Shown: positions 28,398 through 37,693 of the stretch, in pieces
Layout: each line of letters begins with the position of its first letter
Position numbering within the stretch: position 1 is the first letter of the stretch
Source: Bacilli bacterium
Lineage (GTDB): Bacteria > Bacillota_I > Bacilli_A > RFN20 > CAG-826
Direction of reading: 5' to 3'
NCBI GenBank assembly: GCA_045597865.1
Contig: JAZLKX010000052.1
Span: 160,001-224,000 of the forward strand
Length of the DNA: 64,000 bases
The notes under the pieces: model-generated
What the model was told of the DNA's origin: nothing
Seen by the model: the letters and a program-made list of their open reading frames with translations, nothing else
The model's database searches: none
Program-made: the position numbers and the translations under genes

Positions 28398-30821
28398 ATG
28401 ATTAAAAATGTAAAGAAGCGTGACGGGCGTTCACGAGTTTTTAATGCAGAAAAAATCGTTAATGCGATTAACTATGCTTTTAAGGAATCTAAAGAAAGCA
28501 TTGAAAACGAACGGCTTGACCACATTATTGAGCGAACCCTTGAAGAGGTGGAAAAGCTCGGTAAGAAAACTGTTCAGTCCGCCGCGATTGAAAAGATCAT
28601 CAAGGAACTATTGATGAATCACGGCTATCATCAAACTGCCGAAGCGTATATCTTGTTCAGCGCTGAAAAACAAAGGGTTCGTGAAACTAACTCAGAACTT
28701 TTCAAGACCATTCGCGAAATTGGCGCAGCTGACCTTAAGAACTCCAGTCTGCTCAGAGACAATGGAAATGTCAATGGTGCTACTGTTGCATCAAGCTATG
28801 CTAAGGCAGGCGGTGAAGCTTGGAAAACATACAATCTCATGACCCATATCAAGCCAGCAAACCGTATTGCTCATTTGAATGGCGACTTGCATATTCATGA
28901 CCTTGATTACTATTCTTTGACGATGAACTGTCTGTTTATTCCATTGGCAGACTTGTTGAAACGCGGGTTTGACACAGGCAACGGCTATATTCGTCAGCCT
29001 CACAGTATTGGCTCAGCCGGTGCATTAGCAGCTATCCTTATTCAGTCATCACAGAACCAAATGTTTGGGGGTCAAGCATTTGCTCACCTTGATGATGATT
29101 TAGCTCCGTATGTTGAATTTTCATTTAAGAAAAATCTCAAAAAGCAAGTAGACGCATATAAGCGCTATACTGGTATTGATTTTGATGATTCTGACATTGA
29201 TAAAGTTTCTATCAATGATCCTGTTTCGGGACATACCATTCCAGATCCTATTATCAAAGCTGCTATTGAAGAAACGGATAAGGAAACTTATCAGGCAATG
29301 GAAGCTCTTGTTCATAATCTCAACAGTTTGTTTAGCCGCTCAGGTAACCAACTTCCATTTAGCTCAGTAAACTTTGGTTTGAATACAACACGTGCTGGTA
29401 GAATGGTTTCATTGAATTTGCTTAAGGCAACTGAAGCTGGTATGGGCGATGGCGCCACCGCAATCTTCCCGATTAGCATTTGTAAAATGATGATGGGTAT
29501 CAATGTTGACCCTGATGATCCTAACTATGATATTTGGGAAAAGTCATGCGAAATCTGTGCTAAGCGTTTCTATCCTAATTTCGTTAATGCAGATGCCTCA
29601 TATAACAAGCCAGGCGTTCGTTGGACTGAATGGAAAGTTGATATGGGCAATTCTATTGTCCTTAAGAAGATCGCTGCTGATGATGTGGTTACAGCAACCG
29701 CTGATACCATTAGTCAGTATATTGGCAAGTGGGAAAAGAAGAATACGTCCGATGGTAATTGGTATACTCTATCATCAATAGATGGTTCAGAATTAACCTT
29801 TAAACGTCTCGTCCCTGAAAGTGTTATCGCGACGATGGGCTGCAGAACAAGGAGCTATGAAGACGTTAATGGCGTTACTCAGACTGACGCAAAGGGTAAC
29901 CTCTGGTTCACAACTATCAACCTTCCGGCTATCGCTATTCGTGCTAAGAAGGCAAAAGATCCTATTGAAGCATTCTTCACTGAATTGCAGCAGCGTTGCG
30001 AACAGTGCCGCGACATTATGGAAGACCGATATGAACTCATTGCTAAGCGTCATTATGAAAACTTCCCGTTCTTGATGCAACAAGGCGTCTATATGGATTC
30101 TGATCCGGCCAATCATAAGCCTGAAGATGAAATTCGCGAAGTGTTAAAACATGGCTCAAATGCTATTGGCTACATCGGTATCTACGAAGTTTGTAAGCTA
30201 TTGCTTGACAAGACACTTGGTGTTGACCAGGAAGCTTTTGATCTTGGCTATCGCATTGTAAAGCACATTCGTGATTACACCGATAAGGTAAAGAAAGAAA
30301 CCCACCAGAACTGGTCTTGTTTCGCAACACCGGCAGAAAACGTTTGCGGACGCTTTGCTGAACTTGATAAGAAGCGCTATGGCGAAATTGCTGACATTAC
30401 TGATAAAGGTTATTATACCAACAGCCACATGCTGCCATTTGATTTGAAAACAACTCTAGCAAATAAGCTCAAGAATGAAGCTCCGTTCCACAAGCTTTCC
30501 AATGGTGGACACATCTTCTATCATAAGCTTGATGGTAATCCTGCTATGAATGTTGAAGCGGTCAAGAAAGCTATTCGCGCTATGTATGACGCTGACCTAG
30601 GATATTTCACTATAACATTCGACCAAGATAGGTGCCGTGAATGTGGCCATATTGGAATCATCGCTGATGAATGCCCTAACTGCGGCGCTAAGGACGACGG
30701 CGTTAACATTTTGAGAATCCGTCGTATTACAGGGTATTTGGTGGGCAGACCTGGACAGTCTATTGAAAAGTCCTGGGGAACAGGAAAACAAAATGAACTA
30801 AAGAAACGCGTTAACATCTAA
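28398..30821 (+). CDS. nrdD: anaerobic (class III) ribonucleoside-triphosphate reductase
   Basis: ATP cone VKKRDGR, HIHDLDY, MFGGQ, TMGCRT, ATPAE, YYTNS, CxxC...CxxC, glycyl loop RRITGYL. Confidence 0.95.
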   Translation: MIKNVKKRDGRSRVFNAEKIVNAINYAFKESKESIENERLDHIIERTLEEVEKLGKKTVQSAAIEKIIKELLMNHGYHQTAEAYILFSAEKQRVRETNSELFKTIREIGAADLKNSSLLRDNGNVNGATVASSYAKAGGEAWKTYNLMTHIKPANRIAHLNGDLHIHDLDYYSLTMNCLFIPLADLLKRGFDTGNGYIRQPHSIGSAGALAAILIQSSQNQMFGGQAFAHLDDDLAPYVEFSFKKNLKKQVDAYKRYTGIDFDDSDIDKVSINDPVSGHTIPDPIIKAAIEETDKETYQAMEALVHNLNSLFSRSGNQLPFSSVNFGLNTTRAGRMVSLNLLKATEAGMGDGATAIFPISICKMMMGINVDPDDPNYDIWEKSCEICAKRFYPNFVNADASYNKPGVRWTEWKVDMGNSIVLKKIAADDVVTATADTISQYIGKWEKKNTSDGNWYTLSSIDGSELTFKRLVPESVIATMGCRTRSYEDVNGVTQTDAKGNLWFTTINLPAIAIRAKKAKDPIEAFFTELQQRCEQCRDIMEDRYELIAKRHYENFPFLMQQGVYMDSDPANHKPEDEIREVLKHGSNAIGYIGIYEVCKLLLDKTLGVDQEAFDLGYRIVKHIRDYTDKVKKETHQNWSCFATPAENVCGRFAELDKKRYGEIADITDKGYYTNSHMLPFDLKTTLANKLKNEAPFHKLSNGGHIFYHKLDGNPAMNVEAVKKAIRAMYDADLGYFTITFDQDRCRECGHIGIIADECPNCGAKDDGVNILRIRRITGYLVGRPGQSIEKSWGTGKQNELKKRVNI

Positions 30822-30845
30822 TCTTAATAAACATACAATAAAATT

Positions 30846-30877
30846 GAGCCACAGCGAAAGTTGTGGCTCTTTTTTTA
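30846..30877 (+). terminator. rho-independent terminator
   Basis: GAGCCACAGC-GAAA-GTTGTGGCTC plus T run. Confidence 0.85.
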
Positions 30878-31035
30878 GTATACGGTTTTTGAACCCATAA
30901 AGCGTGTTTAATGTATTCAATTTTAAAAGCAATTTAATTATTCAGCGTGCTAAAACAAAGCGTCTACATTCATTTATCAGCGTCATCACTGCTGCTTTGG
31001 AAACGTAATAAATAAATAAATCAAAGGAGAAATTT

Positions 31036-31821
31036 ATGAATCTTAATGAAGCATTGAACATTCTTGAAAAACATGGTTTTATCACAGAAGCTAGCAATGA
31101 GATAATTACTATTCCTGGCCGTATTAAAAACGATGTTCTTATAATGGCGGCCCGCCGCATTGGAATTTCCAAAGCAGAAGTGGCGGAATTCATTAATAGT
31201 AATGAAAAAGTGCAGCAAGGATTATCATACATTTGTCTGCATACTCGCGATATGAATAATCCTGAGGCTTACGTTGACGCATTGGAAAAATACTGGAATG
31301 AACTGATTTATATGGGTGAAGCTGCTGAACCTGGCTATATGCATGGCGATATTTCAGCTTGGGACCGTGAAAAGATTAACAAAGGCCAAACACCAAGATG
31401 GGCTAAGAAGGTAACTGATATTGGCCCTCGTAAGAAAGAACTTCGTCAGTCAAGCTCTTATTCTGAAATTGCTATGAGAAGCGTGAATACACCAGATGGC
31501 AAAGCAAAGCAGCCTTACACTGAATCTGATTGGCGCCGTGATAAGGAAAATGCAACAGCAATGAATCAACGTATTGCTGATACGGTAGCAAACTTGCTTT
31601 CAAAATTTGAACCGTTTGACCATACTGACGCAAACCAGGAATATGCTTCTATTTATGTTAAAGCTAAAGACGGCCAGTTAGATGAATATCGCGTATACAA
31701 CCGTATGCGTGGTTATATTGTAAAGTTCATCGGACATGAATCTGTATTCAGCCGCAAATCAGAATCAGTTGAAAACATCCATGCTGTAGCAATTTACATT
31801 AAGAATGGAGGAAAAATCTAA
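31036..31821 (+). CDS. putative capsid-packaged internal protein
   Basis: MNLNEALNILEKHGFITE leader; late promoter. Confidence 0.65.
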   Translation: MNLNEALNILEKHGFITEASNEIITIPGRIKNDVLIMAARRIGISKAEVAEFINSNEKVQQGLSYICLHTRDMNNPEAYVDALEKYWNELIYMGEAAEPGYMHGDISAWDREKINKGQTPRWAKKVTDIGPRKKELRQSSSYSEIAMRSVNTPDGKAKQPYTESDWRRDKENATAMNQRIADTVANLLSKFEPFDHTDANQEYASIYVKAKDGQLDEYRVYNRMRGYIVKFIGHESVFSRKSESVENIHAVAIYIKNGGKI

Positions 31822-32042
31822 TGCTATTGTCTGAAGCAAAAAGAATCTTGAAGCAACATGGCTGTAAGCTTAATGAAAACTACAGCGAAGATCAGATTAA
31901 CACGGCAGTTGATAAAATTGAAAGAGCAATTTATGAACTTAGACAAAAGGGCAATGATTACTTTGATGATTTCGTAGATGATGTGTATTCTGCTATTAGC
32001 GAATATGTCTACGTTGATGACGATTATGACGACGAGGACTAA
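31821..32042 (+). CDS. putative capsid-packaged internal protein
   Basis: MLLSEAKRILKQHGCKLNE leader. Confidence 0.65.
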   Translation: MLLSEAKRILKQHGCKLNENYSEDQINTAVDKIERAIYELRQKGNDYFDDFVDDVYSAISEYVYVDDDYDDED

Positions 32043-32663
32043 ATGCTATTATCAGAAGCTAAAGAAATCCTTATGCAAAATGGCTACATTGTAGAAAGCA
32101 GTGTAAAAGGCGATTTTGTAAAAGGTGAACGTGGCGGCGAGAAATATAAAGAATTGTCTAACGACTATACTTATGATGACGCTAGACGATTTTTTATAGC
32201 TGCTATATACGGTGAAAGCGTTGCTAACGATCCTGAACAACTTGAAAACCGCTGGAATACATATTTGACTAAGTCTAGAAAAAATCAGTTTGAAAAGACT
32301 TACGCTGCCTTTGAAAAGATTAAAGCTGCGGGCAAGGCTAAATTATACCGAGGTGTTGTAGTAAATAAAGGCGAAGAAATTGATACTGAACATGCTGGTG
32401 TTTGTTGGTCATTCAGTGCCAGCATGCCTCGCCGTTGGGTTGAAGGCATCTGGGACAACATGGTGTATAATCACGTTGTAAATAGATCAGAATTGGAAGA
32501 CTGCCATAAGGTTATTTTCACCGCAACTACTTCTGTTGATAATATGTTACTTCCATATTCATTCTGGCTTGCTGGAAGATTTGAAAGACCTGAATGGGAA
32601 ATCAGATTAAAAGATGAAAATGCCGTAAGCAGCATTACAAAGAGATTTATTGACGAGGAGTAA
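32043..32663 (+). CDS. putative capsid-packaged ADP-ribosyltransferase-fold protein
   Basis: MLLSEAKEILMQNGYIVE leader; LYRG ... CWSFS ... EWE (R-S-E triad). Confidence 0.6.
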   Translation: MLLSEAKEILMQNGYIVESSVKGDFVKGERGGEKYKELSNDYTYDDARRFFIAAIYGESVANDPEQLENRWNTYLTKSRKNQFEKTYAAFEKIKAAGKAKLYRGVVVNKGEEIDTEHAGVCWSFSASMPRRWVEGIWDNMVYNHVVNRSELEDCHKVIFTATTSVDNMLLPYSFWLAGRFERPEWEIRLKDENAVSSITKRFIDEE

Positions 32664-32666
32664 TAC

Positions 32667-33407
32667 ATGCTATTAAAAGAAGCAAAGGAAATTTTGAAAA
32701 AGAACGGTTACATGTTGGAAACAACTGATGCTATTTCCAATGATGATCTTATTGCATTTGCCAAATTAAATTGTTCAAAAGCATTAGGTGCTGGTGTTAC
32801 AGTTAAAGAAAGATCAGAATATCCTTTCGCTGAAACTGATATGTATGGCGAAACTACCATTAAGAAGTATAATGGTCCTTGTATTACTGGCTATTTTAAA
32901 GAAAGAACTGGCGCCGGTGCTCGCCGTGGTGCCGCTAAGTATTTTTCATTCTTTCCTGAAGAAAATAAACTTGTTGTTGGTCCTTCAACAACAGAACGCG
33001 TCAATGGTAAGTTATGTAAGATAATTACGGATGAATATACTTACAATTCATGGAATGACATTATCAAGTTCTTTAATCATAATAATTTCAATACGACAAA
33101 GATGCCTAAGACTGTTCAGCTAGAATCATGTAGGACTCTTGCTGAAAATGCTTATTCTGACATTGAGCTTAAAAGCTTAGAAGTCAAAGACGGCGAACTG
33201 TACGCAACATTCGTTATTGCTGCTGATGTGGAACAGTACATCAAGGACTATAACATTTGGCCAGGCGATGAATTTACTTCTAAAGTACATTTCAGTGATA
33301 AAGGTGACCCGTATGTTACTGGTCTAAATCATTCTGTCTATAGATGGTATTTCGGCGACGGTGATTACCGTAAAATTGTTGCTAAAGCCCGTAGCTTACG
33401 TCGTTAA
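32667..33407 (+). CDS. putative capsid-packaged internal protein
   Basis: MLLKEAKEILKKNGYMLE leader. Confidence 0.65.
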   Translation: MLLKEAKEILKKNGYMLETTDAISNDDLIAFAKLNCSKALGAGVTVKERSEYPFAETDMYGETTIKKYNGPCITGYFKERTGAGARRGAAKYFSFFPEENKLVVGPSTTERVNGKLCKIITDEYTYNSWNDIIKFFNHNNFNTTKMPKTVQLESCRTLAENAYSDIELKSLEVKDGELYATFVIAADVEQYIKDYNIWPGDEFTSKVHFSDKGDPYVTGLNHSVYRWYFGDGDYRKIVAKARSLRR

Positions 33408-33416
33408 AGGTGCATT

Positions 33417-34085
33417 ATGAATCTGATTATTAAGTCATCAACGACCAATACATCTTCAAAGAAAAACCGTGAAATAAAGTTCATCGTAATTCATTATACT
33501 GCGGGTGTTACATCAGCAGGTAAAAGTGATGAAAACACAACAGCTTGGTTTAACCGCCTTGAAACAAAAGCTTCATCAGATTACATCGTTGATGATGATT
33601 CAGTAACGCAGTTCAACACCGACATCAGGAACCGATATACATGGCATTGTGGCGGCTCGCTATACAAGACCAAAGGCGGTTCTTATTTCAACATTTGCAA
33701 GAACTCAAACTCTATTGGCGTTGAAATCTGTTCAAATAATGCAACGAAGAAAGTAACAAATGCAAATGACGCCAATTGGTATTTTACAGAAGAAACTTTA
33801 AATAACGCTGTAGAATTAGTTAGACAGCTGATGAATGAATACAACATTCCAATTGAGAATGTTATTCGTCACTATGATGTAAACGGCAAGCCTTGTCCAG
33901 GTATTATTGGCTGGAACGCTGATACAGGTGATGAAAGTAAATGGCTTGCTTTCAAGAATAGACTTGTGGATTCTGTACAATGCGACCATGAATCCGAAAT
34001 TGAGAAACTTAAAGCTGAAGTTGAACTTTGGAAGAATAAATATATTGAATTAAAGAACAAGCTAAAACTGCTTGCGGAGGAATAA
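33417..34085 (+). CDS. N-acetylmuramoyl-L-alanine amidase (Amidase_2), probable endolysin
   Basis: IVIHYTA, WHCG, NSNSIGVEIC, VIRHYDV.GKPCP. Confidence 0.9.
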   Translation: MNLIIKSSTTNTSSKKNREIKFIVIHYTAGVTSAGKSDENTTAWFNRLETKASSDYIVDDDSVTQFNTDIRNRYTWHCGGSLYKTKGGSYFNICKNSNSIGVEICSNNATKKVTNANDANWYFTEETLNNAVELVRQLMNEYNIPIENVIRHYDVNGKPCPGIIGWNADTGDESKWLAFKNRLVDSVQCDHESEIEKLKAEVELWKNKYIELKNKLKLLAEE

Positions 34086-34089
34086 TTTT

Positions 34090-35030
34090 ATGCTATTAAG
34101 CGAAGCTAAAGAAATCTTGAAAAAAGAACGGTTACACACTATCAGAAGATGCTTATACTGATGAATACACGCCTGATTATGTGTCAAAGCTTGATAAGAT
34201 TTTGTTGAATTTGGATTTTGTGAAACTGCATAAACAAGTCCATGAACATGATTTATCATATATTGGTTTCATTACAGGAACAAAGTATATGTTACATTTT
34301 ATGGTAGATTCAGACGATGTTATTACTTGTAATGTTGTAGAAACAGATAAACAAAAAGCACAAAAAGTACAGAAAGTAACTATGGGTATTGATTCTGATA
34401 ACTATGATAGAGAATACATCGATGTAAATGACTTTATTGAGAACAGTGAATATTATTTAGAAAATGTACAGAAAGTCGTTGAAAATGTTAAAAAGATAGA
34501 TAGAAGCAGTAAGTCAAAGCTAGGAAGAATTGCTAACGGTATAACAAAAGCATTAAGTAATGATTTTGATACAAGATATAGCGGTTTAAGAGATATTGGC
34601 GAAGCAGTAAAACTATTAAAGAAAAATGGCTACCGTCTTACTGAAGCATATGATGCTGTAACTGCGCATAAAAACGAAAAAGGAGCAGATAACAAGGATA
34701 GTTATTATACCAATGTGCTGGTAAGATTAAAGAATGCTTTAGCTGAAGAAGGCATTGAAAGTAAAGTTAGTAGTACTCTTGCACAAGGAAGAAACGCAAT
34801 TAAAAACGTTTTTGGGATTCGGCAGATACCGTGTAACGCTTTACAATGTAGATTCAGCCTTTAGTCCAGTTGATGGAAATATTATGGACGACAACCGTGC
34901 TGGGTATTCCGAGATGGAAAATGAGGTAACATTAAAACTTTTTGCTGATTGGAAACAAGTATCAGCTGCCGACTTTGACGTTAGAAATATACCAAGTATG
35001 GTAAAATGGATTCTTACCAACATTAAATAA
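34090..35030 (+). pseudogene. MLLSEA-leader gene broken by two +1 A insertions (or homopolymer sequencing errors)
   Basis: ATG 34090 MLLSEAKEILKK; removing one A from the runs at 34120-34125 and 34802-34806 joins ORFs 34181 and 34755 into one 312-aa frame. Confidence 0.7.
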
Positions 35031-35078
35031 AAATTTGTAGCTCCAAGCCTGATAAGATCGGACACGTTTCAAGCTACA

Positions 35079-35108
35079 ACCCTGGGCGGTCTGCCCAGGG
35101 TTTCTTTT
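35079..35108 (+). terminator. rho-independent terminator
   Basis: AACCCTGGGC-GGTCT-GCCCAGGGTT plus T-rich tail. Confidence 0.8.
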
Positions 35109-35316
35109 ATGTTTAAAAACTTGATTTTTCAAAAAAATAAGCAAAAATCCATTCTTAAATTTCATAAATTTAAGCAATTTTATTACAGTTTTTCGTCAAA
35201 AACATCTGTGGTTGTGTTGTAATTCATTATTACGGTCAATTATCAAGCAAAACACAAAAACTGCGGTTTTTCTCCCATTTTGCTGTAATAAATACATTAG
35301 TGAGGTTTCCTATATT

Positions 35317-36219
35317 ATGTTTAAGAAAAATGAAAATTTGAAGGCAGCTGGCGAAAAAATCCAAATGACACCTGAGCAAGTACAGGAGTACATTAAGTGC
35401 CGTCGTGACATTTTCCATTTTGCGAATTATTTCACAATTATGGCTGAAGACGGTGAACATCCGATTAAGCTGCGTGGCTATCAGAAAAAGTTAGTAAAGT
35501 CAATTACAACCAAAGTACCAGAAAAGAATAACAGAATCATTATGATGGGTCGTCAGTCAGGTAAGACGACTATTGCTACTCTATATCTTACTTGGTTTGC
35601 ATTATTCAACAAAGCAAAGATTATCGCTGTGCTTGCTAACAAGGCAGCACAGGCTGATGAAATCATGCTTCGTATTCAACAGGCATATATGAACTTGCCG
35701 TTATGGTTACAGCAAGGAATTATGAAATGGAACCAATCTGAATTTATTCTTGAAAATAAAACACGAGTATTTTCAGCAGCTAGTTCCTCAAGCTCTATTC
35801 GTGGTAAAACTGTTGACCTTGAACTTGTAGACGAATTTGCTCACTTGGACGATAACATAGCTGACGCATTTATGGCATCAGTGTTCCCTACACAGGCATC
35901 TAGACCTGACTCAATGCTTTTGCTAATTTCAACGCCTAAGGGTATGAACCATTTCTATGATATCTGGCAGAAAGCTAAATCCGGTCGTAATTCATTTATC
36001 CCATGTAAAATCCAGTGGTGGGAAATTGATGGTCGTGACGAGAAATGGAAGGAACGAGTCATACGTGATAACGGCATCAAATACTTTAACCAGGAATTTG
36101 CCTGTGTAACTGGTGAGACGCAAATAACAGTAAAAGATGATGCCGGCAAAGTAAAAACTGCCCCAATCGCTGAAATTTGTGATTGGTTAAAAGACGTAAA
36201 CTCGCTCCAGACGGCTTAA
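35317..36219 (+). CDS. terL: large terminase ATPase half (T4 gp17 N-terminal) ending in a split-intein N-fragment
   Basis: GRQSGKTT Walker A, LVDEFAH Walker B, ISTPKGMNHFY, FNQEFA then CVTGETQITV... and stop; no nuclease domain. Confidence 0.9.
   Translation: MFKKNENLKAAGEKIQMTPEQVQEYIKCRRDIFHFANYFTIMAEDGEHPIKLRGYQKKLVKSITTKVPEKNNRIIMMGRQSGKTTIATLYLTWFALFNKAKIIAVLANKAAQADEIMLRIQQAYMNLPLWLQQGIMKWNQSEFILENKTRVFSAASSSSSIRGKTVDLELVDEFAHLDDNIADAFMASVFPTQASRPDSMLLLISTPKGMNHFYDIWQKAKSGRNSFIPCKIQWWEIDGRDEKWKERVIRDNGIKYFNQEFACVTGETQITVKDDAGKVKTAPIAEICDWLKDVNSLQTA
36103..36219 (+). other. split intein N-fragment (38 aa)
   Basis: CVTGETQITVKD...PIAEI matches intein block A (C..G.T.I) at the terminase QEF.|C site. 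Confidence 0.8.
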
Positions 36220-36240
36220 CTTACTTTATATGAAAAACAT

Positions 36241-36271
36241 AACCTCTATCTAAATAAATAATCTAGAGGTT
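36241..36271 (+). promoter_or_regulatory. RBS-sequestering hairpin with late promoter in the loop
   Basis: AACCTCTA / TAGAGGTT inverted repeat around TAAATAAATA; ATG at 36277. Confidence 0.75.
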
Positions 36272-36276
36272 TAAAT

Positions 36277-37686
36277 ATGTTTACTTGTAAAATTTGTAAT
36301 GAAACGTTTGAAAAAATCAATGGTTTACTGACACATATACAGTTCAACCATAAAGAACATTCGCCTGAGTCTTACTATAGACAACATATCATGGCTGTTG
36401 GTGAAGGCTTTTGTAAAACATGTGGTAAACCAACAAAGTTCAATGGTATCAAAACCGGCTATCAAACATACTGTAATCGTAAGTGTGTATGGGCAGATCC
36501 TGAAATCAAAGCAAAGCGTAAAATTACAAATAGCGCCAAGACTGATTCTGAAATTCTTGAATGGAAAATAAGAAATAAAGAATCCCGGCTAAAAAAGAAT
36601 AACGGTAATTATTCGCCGTTACATGACTTAGCTAAAAGACAGGAAATTAGCGAAAAGCATTTTAAGGAATACTTTGCTAAGTGTAACTGCGAATTTATTA
36701 AGTATGATGATAAAGTTCACTTTCGCTGCAATAAATGCGGCTGTGAAGATGCATTTACTCGTAGTGTTATTGACCGTTATGACAGAACTAATGATTATGA
36801 CGTTTGCCACTATTGTAATGATAGGCGTTTTGTTAGTACGCCTGAACGCGAAATACGTAAATACATAGAAACGTTTTATGAAGGCAAGATAATTTCAGGC
36901 GATAGACTTGTTTTGAATGGAAAAGAACTAGACCTATATTTTCCTGACAAAAAGCTCGCTATTGAATATGATGGTTTTCATTGGCATAATGAAAACTGCA
37001 TTCCCGCAGGCTATCATCTAGAAAAAACAAATGCATGTGAAGCAAATGGTATTCAACTTATTCATATATTTGAAACTGAATGGTTGAATAAGCCAGAAAT
37101 CGTTAAAAGTAGAATACGAAACTTATTTGAAGGCAACAATAGGATCTTTGCACGTAAATGCAGGATTAAGGAAATATCAGCAGATGCCGCAAAAACTTTT
37201 TTACAGCAGAATCATATACAGGGGTGGTGTTGCTCAAAATGGCGATATGGTCTTGAATACAATGGCGAGCTAGTTTCGCTTATGACATTTGGTAAATCAC
37301 GATTTAAAGATGAATATGAACTTTTAAGATTTGCGAATAAGCTAGATACGAATGTTATTGGCGGAGCATCAAGACTTTTTAAACACTTTGTTAATGACCA
37401 TTCAGAAATAAAGAAAATCATTTCTTTCGCTGACCGTAGATGGAGCATTGGCAACTTATATGAAAAAATTGGTTTTACTAAAATTGGCGCAACGCCGCCA
37501 TCATACTACTACAGAATAGACAATGAACTTAAGAACCGAGTCAACTTTCAAAAACATAAGCTCGTTGCTAATGGTGCTGACCCTAATAAGACCGAACATG
37601 AGATTATGAAAGAACGCGGCTATCTAAGAATATACGACTGTGGCTGTCTGAAGTATGAATGGTCTGATGATTCACAATCAGTATAA
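36277..37686 (+). CDS. free-standing Hef-like endonuclease: Zn fingers, Vsr/DUF559-like nuclease and GNAT/Mom-like C-terminal domain
   Basis: ELDLYFPDKKLAIEYDGFHWH, GIQLIHIFETEW; then IFARKC, NHIQG, YELLRFA, GGASRL, IISFADRRWS.G.LY..IGF. Confidence 0.75.
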   Translation: MFTCKICNETFEKINGLLTHIQFNHKEHSPESYYRQHIMAVGEGFCKTCGKPTKFNGIKTGYQTYCNRKCVWADPEIKAKRKITNSAKTDSEILEWKIRNKESRLKKNNGNYSPLHDLAKRQEISEKHFKEYFAKCNCEFIKYDDKVHFRCNKCGCEDAFTRSVIDRYDRTNDYDVCHYCNDRRFVSTPEREIRKYIETFYEGKIISGDRLVLNGKELDLYFPDKKLAIEYDGFHWHNENCIPAGYHLEKTNACEANGIQLIHIFETEWLNKPEIVKSRIRNLFEGNNRIFARKCRIKEISADAAKTFLQQNHIQGWCCSKWRYGLEYNGELVSLMTFGKSRFKDEYELLRFANKLDTNVIGGASRLFKHFVNDHSEIKKIISFADRRWSIGNLYEKIGFTKIGATPPSYYYRIDNELKNRVNFQKHKLVANGADPNKTEHEIMKERGYLRIYDCGCLKYEWSDDSQSV

Positions 37687-37693
37687 ATAAAAT

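Noticed and set aside
29600-29820. Possible intein in NrdD before TMGCRT
   Set aside because: The roughly 70-aa insertion has no C/S start or HN end; it is probably a lineage-specific insertion
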